Both the position numbers and the translations under genes were made by a program. The notes beneath the pieces were generated by a model. The model searched no databases. It was not told where the DNA came from and was given only the letters and a program-made list of their open reading frames with translations. From Patellaria atrata CBS 101060 (taxonomy: Eukaryota), in contig MU006097.1 of NCBI GenBank assembly GCA_010093705.1, positions 383,905 to 447,904 of the forward strand: DNA of 64,000 nt. Direction: 5' to 3'. Shown in pieces: positions 12,209 to 23,906 of the stretch. Numbering within the stretch: the first letter of the stretch is position 1; every line of letters begins with the position of its first letter.

Positions 12209-14104
12209 GTGGACAAACATAATCTAGAGGATAAATGGATTATATTCGTAGCTCTTGATGAGGAAAGATGTCCGCAACTTCCAGATATCTACTGGAACCG
12301 AAAAATATTCATACAGCTCAGTATCCTTCTATACAGTCTTATCAGCCACTGTATATGGCGCATGGTAGCATGGGACTGCCCGGCGGTACTATAATTCTTT
12401 GGATCGCCAATGTATGTACTGATAAGGTACCTGAACCGGATGACGATCGTTTCTCAAAAATTGACCATCTGCCAACAATTCTGCACCTTTTGCCGGACAT
12501 GTCATGGATCTGTCCAGTCAGAATGCTACCATTTCAACTACTCTTACATGTCAGACATGTAGCTAAGAGCGTAGTCTTCCGTAAAGCTTGAGCAAGATTC
12601 AAGCGAGCGAATATCTGCACAACGGCTCCAACATTTCCACATTTAATTTATCGCCCAAGTCGCCAATATTAGTCTCACAGGGCAGGAGAGAAAAGCGCTG
12701 AATACGAGGCGCACGCTATCGTCATTTCATGCATGTTTTTCATCTCTGCGTCCGCACAATCGGAGTCCGTAAGTGCTCTGCATGCGGTAGAAAATGAAGT
12801 GGCATTGCTTGAAGAGCTTGGAGATATAATCGATATTTTGTATAGTTGGGGAGAATGAAGATATAAAAGGACGAATGTCGATCTATCGGGACCCTAGGTC
12901 GGCACGAGGTGATCGTCTTCGCGACCAAAAAAAGACTCGGGAGAGCAACATTGATCGACTGCGGAGAAGATGTGATGGAAGGCAACATCTTCGTCCATCC
13001 TTCGTGTCAACCGCTTCCTCCTTCCGAACACTGTTTCCCTTAGGACGAAGGGTGCGTTAGCAGCTGTCATATGCAGGTCCACTCTCAGCTTTCACATTTC
13101 ACGGCAGCATCCGACTGACGGGCCGCTTCAGTGAGATCCTGCAGGGTGAAGCCACTGACGGCATTCTCAAAGAAAAAGCTGATGGTGTGGACGGTTCTTG
13201 CAGACCTTATCTTCCCCAGAGTAGGTTTAAACGCTGCTCAGGGATAGGAGGCATGTCCTACAGTACAGCACGAGGACGTGGGATCCGGGCTTCTTCTGCA
13301 AACGCCACCGGGAGAAGGTGAGAAGGTGAGAAGGAGCACGCAGAATCTTGGAAGATAGTTCTAAATAACCCAACTCTAGGAATCCCTTGGAGGCTGCCTG
13401 AGAAAGTCCGTGAGCATGCGCAGCTAGAATTTTAATAGTTTGTGCGTTGGTATACTTGTTGATAGGAGAAAACAGACGAATGAGAGTCGAGGTATTACCT
13501 CGCAGGTTGACCCGTACAGAAGGGTAAAGGAATGGTAACCCTGCAGCTCTCAGGCTAATATCCTCAACGTCGATCATTACCTTCCCCGATCTTACCCTCA
13601 AACTGAGCGTAACCCCTTTAGGTTGTCAGACTTCACAAGCCGACTACACTCACTACACTACACCAAGGGCAGCTGGTTATGGATTCTGAAATTCACAACT
13701 TACTACGTCGGTGCTCCGGCCAACTCATTGACTTCGACTCAACTTTCCCTGCATTGAACTTTACCGGGACCAAGTCCCACGATACCGAAAGAACTTTCGA
13801 ATGCTTGTGGATGATACAGTGGCTGCTTGACGAAAGTATCCATCCCGACCACCAGGGAAGATGTTGCATGTCAACGCGCTGTTTGCGCTCTTATTTCGAG
13901 CATGGTAGTTATCACAGCTTTGTGCAGACAGAAACACCGTGCTGTCTCAGATGACTATATAAGAAGGCGTCTGCTGCTTGAAAATAAGAGATTGTAAGGC
14001 GGGCAACGAAGGAAATTACCCACATCCTTCCATTCTTTATAAATTCTTCTTTCCCCAGTCTTTAATTGTTTGATACCCCCCCCGTTCATCGTATCGTCGT
14101 CAAG

Positions 14105-15237
14105 ATGCGTGTCTCATCGATTGTCGGTGTCTTCGCTCTCGCGGCATCAACACAAGCCATCACCGTTCCCGGCACCTCAGATGTCTCAGAGGCCTTCTCA
14201 TCGGTCAAGCGCGGTGTCTCCGGTCTCTTCAAGAAGCAGGCCTCCTGCCCGGCTGTATGGAAGACCATCTCGGATGATGAACTGACGCCCATCTTCCGTT
14301 CCTTCCTCAACTGCACTGATCTCGCCCTCCAAGCCATCCGCCTTGCCTTCCACGACTGCTTCGCCGGTGCCGGTTGTGACGGTTCTCTCATCAACGCTGA
14401 GGAGTGGCGCCAACCGCAGAACCAGGGATTAGAAACCATCTCGAAGAAGCTCAAGGCCATCGCTGAGAAGCACAATGTCGGGAAGGCGGATATGATTCAA
14501 TTCGCTGGCTGTACGTTCACAAACAAACCTCCTTGCCCAACCCCCAACTCTTCCCCACATCCCACCCATCATCGAACCCCACCCGAGCAGTGTTACTAAC
14601 CTCGAAAAGCCCACGCCATCATAACCTGCCCCCTCGGCGTCGTCGGCAAAACCTGGGTCGGCCGCACCGACTCCTCCATCCAAGCCCCCGGCACCGACCT
14701 CCCCGACCACACCGCCCCAGCGCAAAGTCTGCTCGACAAATTTGTCGCAAAGGGTTTCACCGCCACCGATCTCGCGGCCCTGCTCGGCGCCCACTCGACA
14801 GCCCGCCAGCGCTTCGTCGACCCTTCCAAGGCCGGCGCCGCTTTCGACGCCACCCCGGGTCAATGGGACGTCACTTATTACGGGCAGGTGACGACGCAGA
14901 CGGCGAACTTTAACCTCGACTCCGACCTCGCGATCTCGAGGCTGCCGAGCGTGCTGCCGAGTTGGACCCTCTTCACCGTCGATCAGGTCGGGTGGAGTTT
15001 GGCGTTTGTCGCTGCGTGAGTAACCCAACCCCTTCATCGATGCTTTGTTGGACTCGGGTTGATGTGTTCGCGTGTAGGTGGCAGAAACTTACTGTACTTG
15101 GTATCCCGGGCGGGACGAGCAGTCTCATCGATTGCACGAATTCCCTCCCGCTTGTGCGTATCTTGCCGAAGCGGGGCGCGGAGAATAAGGAGAAGAGCTC
15201 GGTTTTTGGCCGGTTTGCGGTGAAGAATTGGTGGTGA
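14105..15237 (+). CDS. Secreted class II (fungal) heme peroxidase, generic type
   Basis: Signal peptide MRVSSIVGVFALAASTQA. Introns 14511-14609 and 15016-15077. Distal RLAFHDC/GCDGSL, proximal LLGAHS, FDATPGQWD. Confidence 0.88.
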
Positions 15238-15898
15238 TAGGGGATGTTTTGGTTCCTTGGGATTCTATCGATGGATCGTTGTTCTTGCGCGCGGAGTCGG
15301 GGCGTTCTTTTGCTTGGGTGAGAGGTTTGGATATATGATTGGGGTATGAGCCTGTATATATCAGCGCTGACGGGGCTCGAGGAGGAGAGGATAGTTGAAG
15401 AGGGAAAAGATACCAGGTTAGCATGGGATTGTATCATTTAAAACGATAGCTTTGCCTCACGCATCAATCATATTCTTCTCCTATAACTTCGATCATTGAA
15501 CGCAAGGATGATACATTATACACTGCTTTGGGTAGTCCTTAGTCCCGCTGTTGGCGGAGATGGACGCGGACATGTTTCCGACAGTGGAGAAGTTGCCCCT
15601 CCCCTCACTCGCATACGGTAGGTAGAAAGCGGGATATTTCCATACCATAGGCTATACTATAATTACATCATCATAGAAAAGTTTCATAGGTCATTTACGT
15701 TTGTATAAATCTCTTCTCAGGAATACAAATTTATATTTCTGGCAAGCAGAGTATAAGTGAGCAAATCCAAGGTTTCTTTACTCAATACCCATGTTTTCTG
15801 TCCTCATAAAGTGATATACAGACCTTAGCTGGACGTCATAAAACCAATCCATACAGTAAATTTTAAAATCATTAGTGATATTTCCGCCACATTCCACG

Positions 15899-17271
15899 AT
15901 GACCATCGGCGTCGCCATAATCGGGAGCGGTGAGTCCTCCCGCTTAAGGAAGTAGAGATTAAACTTCAACACTGATGAACACTTTATCCTAGGACTATTC
16001 GTGAAGCTCGAGCATATCGTACGCTCCCCATGTTTCCCCACAACCCCAAACGCCCGATAACAAAATACCTCCCTAGCCCGCCGTCCAAGCGATCCCAGAC
16101 CTAATAAGCCTCAAAGCGGTATACTCCCGCAGCCTGAAATCCGCGGAAAAGGTGACCGATGGTCTCGAAGGCGTGGACCTGTACAGCGAAGATGCCGGTG
16201 AGGGCAAGGGGTATGGTGACGTTCTTGCACGGGAGGATGTGCAGGCTGTTATCATTGCGTAGGACCCCTTTCCCCTCTCCCACAATGCTCCCTTCCCACC
16301 GCTGGCCTAACCCCCGGCCCCCCTTTTAACGCGGTATATTAACACGGTGTAGGCTCCCGATCCTGAATCAACCGGCGTACATCAAGAAGGCGCTCGAAGC
16401 GGGCAAACACGTGCTGGCGGAGAAGCCGATCGCGAAAGACGTGCGCACGGCGAAGGAATTGATCGGGTGGTATACCTCGCACGTCGACACTGCGAACGCC
16501 ACGTGGGGCGTTGCTGAGAATTTTCGGTTCCTGGACTCGTTGTTGTATGCGAGCGAGCAGGTCAGGCAATTGGGGAGGGTGCTGGGGTTTAGGGTTCGCG
16601 TGCACAATATGACGAAGAGTGGCGGGATGTGGTATGGTGAGTGTAAAGAGAGTTTCTATTCTTAAGCAACCCGGTGGGGATACTGATGGCGGGATCTCTA
16701 GAAACGGAGTGGCGGAAAGAACCTGGGTACCAAGGCGGCTTCATCCTCGATGGCGGCGTCCACGATGCAGCGGGGGCTCGACTGCTTTTGGGTTCTGAGA
16801 ATGCGCCTACGCATGTTTCTGCTTTTACCACGCAGTTGCAACCGCACCTCCCCCCCGTCGATACTTTGGACGCGATATGGAAGCTCAATTCCGGCGTCTC
16901 GGGGACCTTCTCCCTGTCGTTTGGAACGACGTTCTCCGGAAAAGAATATGCCGTTGCGTGCGAAAAGGGGACGGTCTTCGTGACTAAGAGTAAGGTGGTA
17001 GTGAATAAAGATGGGAACGAAGAGACCAATGAGTTCCCGGATGAGGGTGCGGGTGTGAAGCAGGAGGTTAAGGCGTGGGCGGAGGGGATAAAGAATGGAA
17101 AGCAGAATCCGAGGCAACTGCCTGCTCAGGCATTGCAGGATCTCATACTTGTGAGTACTTCGAGATGATCGCCATGAACAAGCTGACTTTGCGAAGATCG
17201 AGTCGATGCTGCAAAGCGGAGAGCGCTCTGGAGAGACAATCACCCTCTTGGAGACTAGCTTTTCAGCATAG
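15899..17271 (+). CDS. Gfo/Idh/MocA-family NAD(P)-dependent oxidoreductase
   Basis: Six exons; introns 15930-15992, 16019-16076, 16259-16352, 16637-16701, 17151-17196. Motifs MTIGVAIIGSGLF, ALEAGKHVLAEKP, VAENFRF, GGFILDGGVH. Confidence 0.88.
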
Positions 17272-17338
17272 AGGCACCCCATATGTCGAGCAGTGTAAGA
17301 AGCGATTGAGAAGGCACACAACTGCGACAACTAACACT

Positions 17339-18748
17339 TCATATGTTTTGCGCCCCAACCTGGGGTCGTTCCCCCTCAGCAGTAAGTCCTAGTTTCTCAA
17401 GGTCTATAGCGAGCGGGTCTGTATCGTCCGTAGCTTCTCTAGGACCCTCCATTCCAGCAGGAGGTAGTGCCCAGTCGGGTAGCGGTGTCTCATAACTCCA
17501 TTTCCCGTCCATATCCGCATATCGCTTCGCATGTAGATAGAGTGCCAATTCATGAGGTCCTGGATCACTGTACAGTTCGGTGCCACATACGTCACATGAT
17601 TCTCCTGTCATTTTTTCCGCTTTGCGTTCGTGGTATTTGTCTACTATCTCATCATAATATGCGACGGCTTCCGCCACCTCGTCTTTTCCCATGCGTGAGA
17701 GTCGGGTCATGATGTCCTCGTCGTTGTCGGAGTTGTCGTCTCCACGAGCCAAAGAGGGCCCGAAGACTCGCTGGTTGCAGTAGATGGGGTCGTTTGAGAT
17801 TGGGTGACCGAGAAATTGGAGATGAACGCGAAGTTGATGAGTTCGTCCGGTAAGGGGTAAGCAACGAACGATCGAGTAGCCTTCCATTCTTTTCCAAGCC
17901 ATCCCATCGTTTTTGCCTGGTTCATGAGGGGCCACTCCATCTTTGGTATCGTGGATTTTCTTTAATGGAGGATAGTAAGCCAGCCGCTTGAAAACCGTCC
18001 TCGCCTCCTTTCCATTCGCCCTCACCCTATTCAAACCCAACTTCGGACTAATCTGCAAGATGGGCTGCTCACACACAACTTCCCCTTCCGGAAACTCACC
18101 GATCACCCTCGCTACATACTCTTTCTTAACTGTCCTCGCTTTAATCTGTAGAGTCAACTCATCAGCCGCCTTTCTATGCTTCCCAATAAACATGACTCCG
18201 CTCGTCAGACGGTCCAACCGATTACAAGGAAGCGGATTCCACCCTCCGCCGCGGTCCGCCCGTATAATCTCCACGATAGAATTATAATTATACCGTCCCG
18301 CCGGGTGCACGGGTATACTAGCGGGCTTATTAATCACAATCATATCGTCGTCTTCATGCACGATGCCAATGGCCTGCGCGCTCACGGGCGGCTCATGTCG
18401 GTGCAGGGTATGGGAAACTATATCTCCATTCTTGACCTTGGTATCCGGGGATACCGTCTTCCCGTTTATAACTACCAACCCCTTCTCTATCGCCTCCTTG
18501 TAGTACTCCGCCGGCCGATCGCGGAACTCGCTCGCGAAGATCTCGAGCAGCCCTTGGTCGCGCCAGCGCTCTTTGCAGTAGGTTTTGTAGGTGAAGTGGT
18601 AGGGGCGCACGCGGCGGAGACCGTCGGAGAGGTAGTAGGGTCGTGGCCACGGGTCGCAGGGTGTGGTTATCACAGAGGGAGGGGGGACGAAGACGTCGGC
18701 TTTTGCTTCGACGAAGGGAGGTTGGTGCTCGACGGTTACGAGGGACAT
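17339..18748 (-). CDS. RluA-family tRNA pseudouridine(32) synthase (Pus8/Rib2- or Pus9-like, no deaminase domain)
   Basis: Intronless. S4-like domain, then INKPASIPVHP, catalytic NRLDRLTSG, LTGRTHQLRVHL, LYLHA. The frame is also open upstream to ATG 18964. Confidence 0.88.
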   Translation of the reverse strand: MSLVTVEHQPPFVEAKADVFVPPPSVITTPCDPWPRPYYLSDGLRRVRPYHFTYKTYCKERWRDQGLLEIFASEFRDRPAEYYKEAIEKGLVVINGKTVSPDTKVKNGDIVSHTLHRHEPPVSAQAIGIVHEDDDMIVINKPASIPVHPAGRYNYNSIVEIIRADRGGGWNPLPCNRLDRLTSGVMFIGKHRKAADELTLQIKARTVKKEYVARVIGEFPEGEVVCEQPILQISPKLGLNRVRANGKEARTVFKRLAYYPPLKKIHDTKDGVAPHEPGKNDGMAWKRMEGYSIVRCLPLTGRTHQLRVHLQFLGHPISNDPIYCNQRVFGPSLARGDDNSDNDEDIMTRLSRMGKDEVAEAVAYYDEIVDKYHERKAEKMTGESCDVCGTELYSDPGPHELALYLHAKRYADMDGKWSYETPLPDWALPPAGMEGPREATDDTDPLAIDLEKLGLTAEGERPQVGAQNI

Positions 18749-19055
18749 TGTTGGGGCGGGGATGCGGCCGCGCTGAACGAGGTAGGCGAGGATACGTGGG
18801 GAGGGAGCCACGATGAGAGGGTGTGAGGAGGAGGTGAGGTGTGTATGTTGGGATAGGGAGTCGTATTGTATTTCTGGTGTTGATACGAGAGGTTTTACAG
18901 AGAGCGGAAAACTTCCGCTGGGGTTTTTCGTCTGAGCTTCATTCCCAAAGAGGGACCTCGGCATCTCCCGTCCGATGTCATCGGTACGAAAAGGTATAGA
19001 GTACTATTACCACAAAACAAAACCACGATACTCCTACCTCACGCACTCGACCACA

Positions 19056-19781
19056 ATGGCACCAAACAGAAACACAGATCTCAAATCTCGCACCCGCGCC
19101 TCCTACAAATTCCATCTCGACTACCGCACCCGCTGGAGCGACAACGACATGTACGCGCACCTGAACAACACCACATACCTGCACCTCTTCGACAGTATCA
19201 TCAACGCATATCTGATCGAGTACTGCGGGCTCTCTCCCAATCCCCGACCTCCTACCACCTCACATAATACGTCCTCTTCGCACAATACCTCCTCCTCCTC
19301 CTCACACAATACCTCAACACCGGACACCTTTCCCCACAACTCCTACGGCTACATCCCCCCTTCGAACCCCCTCAAAACCACAGATCCCGGGCCCCCGACC
19401 TCCGAAACCTCAAATACGGCGAATAACGCGTACGGGTACACCCCCCCGCCGTCCTCTACCAAACCCACCTCCTCTAAATCTCCCGCACACCCGCACATCG
19501 GCCTCGTAGCCCACTCCTCCTGCACGTTCTTCCACCCGATTTCCTTCCCCGCAGTCGTGGAAGCCGGGCTCCGTGTCAACGAGCTAGGAAAGCGAAGCGT
19601 GCGGTACGAAGTCGGGATATTCGAGTCTGGGGACGAGAGGGTGAAAGCAGTTGGGGAATTCGTGCATGTGTTTGTGGATAAGGAGGGGAGAGGGGGAGGA
19701 ACAGGGGAGATGGGGAAGGAACTGAGGGAGGGCTTGGAGAAATTGTGGGTTGCGAGGGATGAGTGGAGGGTGAAATTATGA
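19056..19781 (+). CDS. Hot-dog fold acyl-CoA thioesterase (4HBT-like) with low-complexity insertion, ends -VKL
   Basis: RTRWSDNDMYAHLNN motif; GLRVNELGKRSVRYEVGIF; AVGEFVHVFVD. Good start context ccacaATGg. An upstream in-frame ATG lies at 18975. Confidence 0.85.
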   Translation: MAPNRNTDLKSRTRASYKFHLDYRTRWSDNDMYAHLNNTTYLHLFDSIINAYLIEYCGLSPNPRPPTTSHNTSSSHNTSSSSSHNTSTPDTFPHNSYGYIPPSNPLKTTDPGPPTSETSNTANNAYGYTPPPSSTKPTSSKSPAHPHIGLVAHSSCTFFHPISFPAVVEAGLRVNELGKRSVRYEVGIFESGDERVKAVGEFVHVFVDKEGRGGGTGEMGKELREGLEKLWVARDEWRVKL

Positions 19782-20012
19782 GGGGGGTGTTAGGGGAGAT
19801 ATCTGATGTTGTATGATTTATGATTATACGATTTTGAATGCATCTGTATGAATTCACGGGTTGGAGATGTTGATATTGAGGAAAAGGAATCCATTAACAG
19901 TTTTTGTGGTGCCTCTATTTCTCGAGGCCGTATGCTGGATAATATAATCTAACCTATACAGATCCCGCATACCAATTCTATTTACCCCAACGCCAGACGC
20001 ATGCAAAATTAC

Positions 20013-20669
20013 TCAATGATACCCAGACCCGTAGTGGCTTCCATGGCTGCTCTTCTTATGCTTATGCTTCTCCTCCAACTTATGTCCTGCAAATGCACCG
20101 GCCAACGCACCGAGCAGACCATGTCCACCCATCTTATTCCCGCCAAAGAAGCCCGCTGCACCGCCTGCCGCTGCGCCTAGGAGACCTCTGTCACCCTCTG
20201 CTTGCGCATTGGGATCGGTAGCGCCGTACTGAGGCTGATTGGGATCGGACGGATACGGGTTCTGGTTGTAAGCGCCTTGTTGGGGGAATTGGCCGGAAGG
20301 TGTCGGGTTGTAGTTTTGGTCATAGTACGAGGTGCTCTGGCCTTGCTGCTGGTACTGTGCGTTGGGACCGTATTGGGGGGGTTGCTGGGCGTGCTGGAAT
20401 CCTCCTTGAGCTGGAGGTCCGTACTGCTGGTTGTAACCGTGCTCACCGTACGGAGCGGGCGATTGGTATCCACCCTGTTGTGGTGGTGCGGGAGAATGGT
20501 AGCCGCTATGTGGAGTCGGGTAGCCTTGTTGTTGGTAGCCCTGTTGTTGACCGTACGGAGTTTGTTGGTTCTGGTTTGAATCGTAGCTATATTGCGGTTG
20601 TCCGTAACCTTGGGGAGCGGGCGAGCCGTATTGTTGATGAGGAGGGTATTGGTTGTATGGGTCCGACAT
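20013..20669 (-). CDS. Q/Y/P/G-rich low-complexity protein with C-terminal glycine-zipper motif
   Basis: Single ORF of 218 aa. C-terminus DRGLLGAAAGGAAGFFGGNKMGGHGLLGALAGAFAGHKLEEK. Confidence 0.82.
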   Translation of the reverse strand: MSDPYNQYPPHQQYGSPAPQGYGQPQYSYDSNQNQQTPYGQQQGYQQQGYPTPHSGYHSPAPPQQGGYQSPAPYGEHGYNQQYGPPAQGGFQHAQQPPQYGPNAQYQQQGQSTSYYDQNYNPTPSGQFPQQGAYNQNPYPSDPNQPQYGATDPNAQAEGDRGLLGAAAGGAAGFFGGNKMGGHGLLGALAGAFAGHKLEEKHKHKKSSHGSHYGSGYH

Positions 20670-22253
20670 GGTGTATATCGAGGTTATAGAAACTCGAAAA
20701 TTAGGATGTAAGATATAGGAATTAGAAAGATCAGAGGAGATATTTCAAGTGGTACGCGTGGATAGAGAGCCGATATCCGGAAGATGACGTAGACTGTTGA
20801 GGAGAGGGGAGAGTCTTGGAGTATGACGGATATAGCTTATGTAAATTCAAGGACAACAACACTTGAATAGGAGGTACTTATGGAAACAATTGAACAATTG
20901 AAGTGAAAAGGAAAGAAATTTTTGAAAAGATATATACCTATTACCCCGCCGCTGGCGGCTGATGACACTGCAGATGACAGTAGCTCTAGATGCGGCTGAG
21001 TAGTACTCAGCCCCCAAATGCTCAACGTACTTAAAGGAGTACGAAAGCTATTTGGCGCCCAGTTCCGAATATTTCTACTCTTTCGGGTCCTACAGAGTAT
21101 GCTGCATACCGAAGTACAAATCGTTCCTTGCATATTGTTGTTTGCTACTTACCCTGCTTACGGTTGGATACACCTCGAAGGAGTGTACTGTACTTCAACA
21201 CGGGAAGTTTCGAATTACAAGCCGAATTCAATTGAGACTCTGGTCGTAGGGACTGAGTTCTTTGATAATCCGTGGCAATTTGGTCATTCTACTCGTCTCC
21301 GCCACAGCTTTGTAATAAGTTCAAAGAATCAGAAAGATCAAATGGGACCTTAAGATGTTGAGGTGGAAGAGGCGGAGCAAGGAACTCCCGAATCCGTCAC
21401 GTGAATTCGGCCCGTTTTAAAGCCGACTTCTCGTTTCCGACTTTCCGTCCCATCAGGTTCCCGCCGCCCTCCCTTTTGTTACACTCTATGATCCTCCTCG
21501 ATGTCTTTATTAAGTAGAACTCACGCCAGAATGGTTCGCAGTACACCAGACATATGTAGGATCACAGATAGCATACGCAGGGGTTATTCTAGACCCTGTT
21601 TGATCTTCATGTTTCCCAAGGCATGACCACGCTTTACCCCATAGAGTTTCTGAAACACCGCAACAGAACGTCCCTATCTGAGCATCAAGGGGTCCCGACA
21701 CAACGAATGTATCAATTCGTGCTTCAAGACATGCCTCTCCGCATTCACATCTAGTCCATCTTCACTATTTCTGCCTTTTATCTCTGTGTCCTGTTTCAAA
21801 GTCTCCGCACTATTGTCCGTTTATGAGTTTAGTGGCAAGTTTAACGCCAGGACTAGCATCATTTAACCAAAATCCTCAGACTGGTGATGCGTAAGTCGGT
21901 CGCAATGGACCAAAGTAGTCATGGTCTAGTCAATGCGTAGCTTGATATACCGATTGCCTCCCTGTTACATCGTGATTCTCTTCTTCCTCCAAGAATTCGC
22001 CCAGCGGAGTCTCTTCATCTTTTTACGTTCTCTTTTCTAATCTTTTCCTTTACGTCGTTCACTTCTCTTCTTTCGCAGCCGGTCTGCTGTTTAATCTTTC
22101 GTTAATTATACGATTCTGACGGTCCGACTGGTTGGATCTTTGAAAACTCAAACCTACCTGGAGTTCATGCTTTTCATGAGTAACGGACACACGGATTCGA
22201 AGGATACGTAATAATTTCGAAAAAGGTGTTTTCTTGTAGAAAGATTATAGAAC

Positions 22254-23906
22254 ATGCCCGTCAGGAAGTTCGACCAATACGCCTCTCACACTTCCACTCT
22301 GAGAAGACTGCATCCAGAAAGATGGTGGAAACGGCAGAATACGCAACAGGAGGTTCAGGAAGTGGAGGATAACCTGGAAGAGGAAGAGGACGATTTACTG
22401 TCGGACGATTCCGATGGAACGAGTGACGATGATTCAGACGTTGAAGGCGTCGATTCTGACGATGAGGATATGGATCTTTCGAAAGGCTTCATTGGTGAGA
22501 CAAAAAACACAGAATACCCTTCTATAGACGATTCTGATTCAGAGGATGAAGGTTCACCAGACGTACGTCTCATACGGTCTCTATGAGAACGAGTACTGAC
22601 AGGATAGCAGCCATCTAGCACTCGAACTTCTTCCGGTATCCCAACTTCCACAGTATCTTCAGTAAGCTTTCTTTTACAATATGACGTCGCAGTTTGGAGC
22701 ATATCATACTGATTCCTCAAAAGGGTGCAGCATTCGCGAACTTACCCTCCGGATCCACCACTGCCCGACCTACAGCTACAGCACTTGCCGATAGCGATAT
22801 CGCTCGACAAGGTCATTCCCATGGACTCTCGCCAGGGACAAAGCACCTTCTCATTGCCGCTGGCTCAATTTGTAAGAATTTCACATCTCGATGATTACAA
22901 TACGCTTATTCAGTTAACAGTTGGTACTTTATTTCTGGTTCTCATATTATTCTTGGTTTACCGGGTGTGGAAACAGGGTATCCCCATTCGTCAAGCTTTC
23001 GACATCTTCAAACGACGTCGTTCTCGATCTGAGTACGTCAGTACAGTCGGGACTGAAGCGCAAAACTCAAGCTGGCCAGCTCCTGCTTACGAATGGAAAC
23101 AAAATCAGTCGCATGAGGCTTTGATAGAGCGCAAAGACTCATTCGCACCACCTGCTCAGAGCTCACTCAAGAATTCACTCAAAGGCTCCCTCCTACGGTC
23201 GCCAGTTGGATCGATGAAGCAGCTTCCACGAACCCCCAGACCAGTAATGATCAACAACGAAAGCAAACCAAGGAGCGCTCCGATGGTCATCTCCGTCCAA
23301 GCAATGAACCACGACGACCCAAAGACACCAATGACGGAAAAATCTCGCGGTTCATTCCTAGAAGAGGCGTCGCCACCACCAGTCCCACAAATAAAACAGC
23401 AAATACAACATAACCGCGATCCAAGCACAACTCCCAGCTCTCCAGTCTTACCCCTCCAATCCCAGCGAAACACCCAATCGTCCCTCTCCTCCGACCATGA
23501 CGATGAAGAAGTCGACATGCCCGCTCCCCTCATGTACGGCATCCGCGACTCGGCGCCCAAGATCAGCCGCTTCAGTTGGACCAACACGCAAGCCTCACAA
23601 ACGCCGCGGGAGCCACGGTTCAGCGTCGCAACGTCCCGCTCCAGCGTCCCCCGTTTCCGAACCGTCGAGTCCTGGGTGGAAAACCAGACGGGACGGGTGG
23701 AGAGACAGCAGAGCAAGGAGGAGGTTAAGGCGGGACAGGCGGCGAACCAAGAACCGGTGCCTAACGTCCCCGTGCAGTATAAGCACCAGACGAGCTACAG
23801 CGAGCAGACGGTCTTCAGACAGCATCCTGGCACCGAGGTCGTCATGCAGAGGGGGAGTAGAGTCCCCAGCGAGATTTTGGACAAGATGAGACCTGCGGAT
23901 TTCTAG
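22254..23906 (+). CDS. Single-pass membrane protein of unknown function (acidic and S/T-rich N-region, disordered C-tail)
   Basis: Introns 22563-22607/22610, 22662-22722, 22872-22920 join the ORFs. Predicted TM HLLIAAGSIFGTLFLVLILFLVY followed by basic RRR. Confidence 0.72.

Noticed and set aside
12206..12394. In-frame ORF directly after the methyltransferase TGA (possible readthrough)
   Set aside because: Context is TGA-GTG rather than TGA-CTA, and the extension has no recognisable signal.
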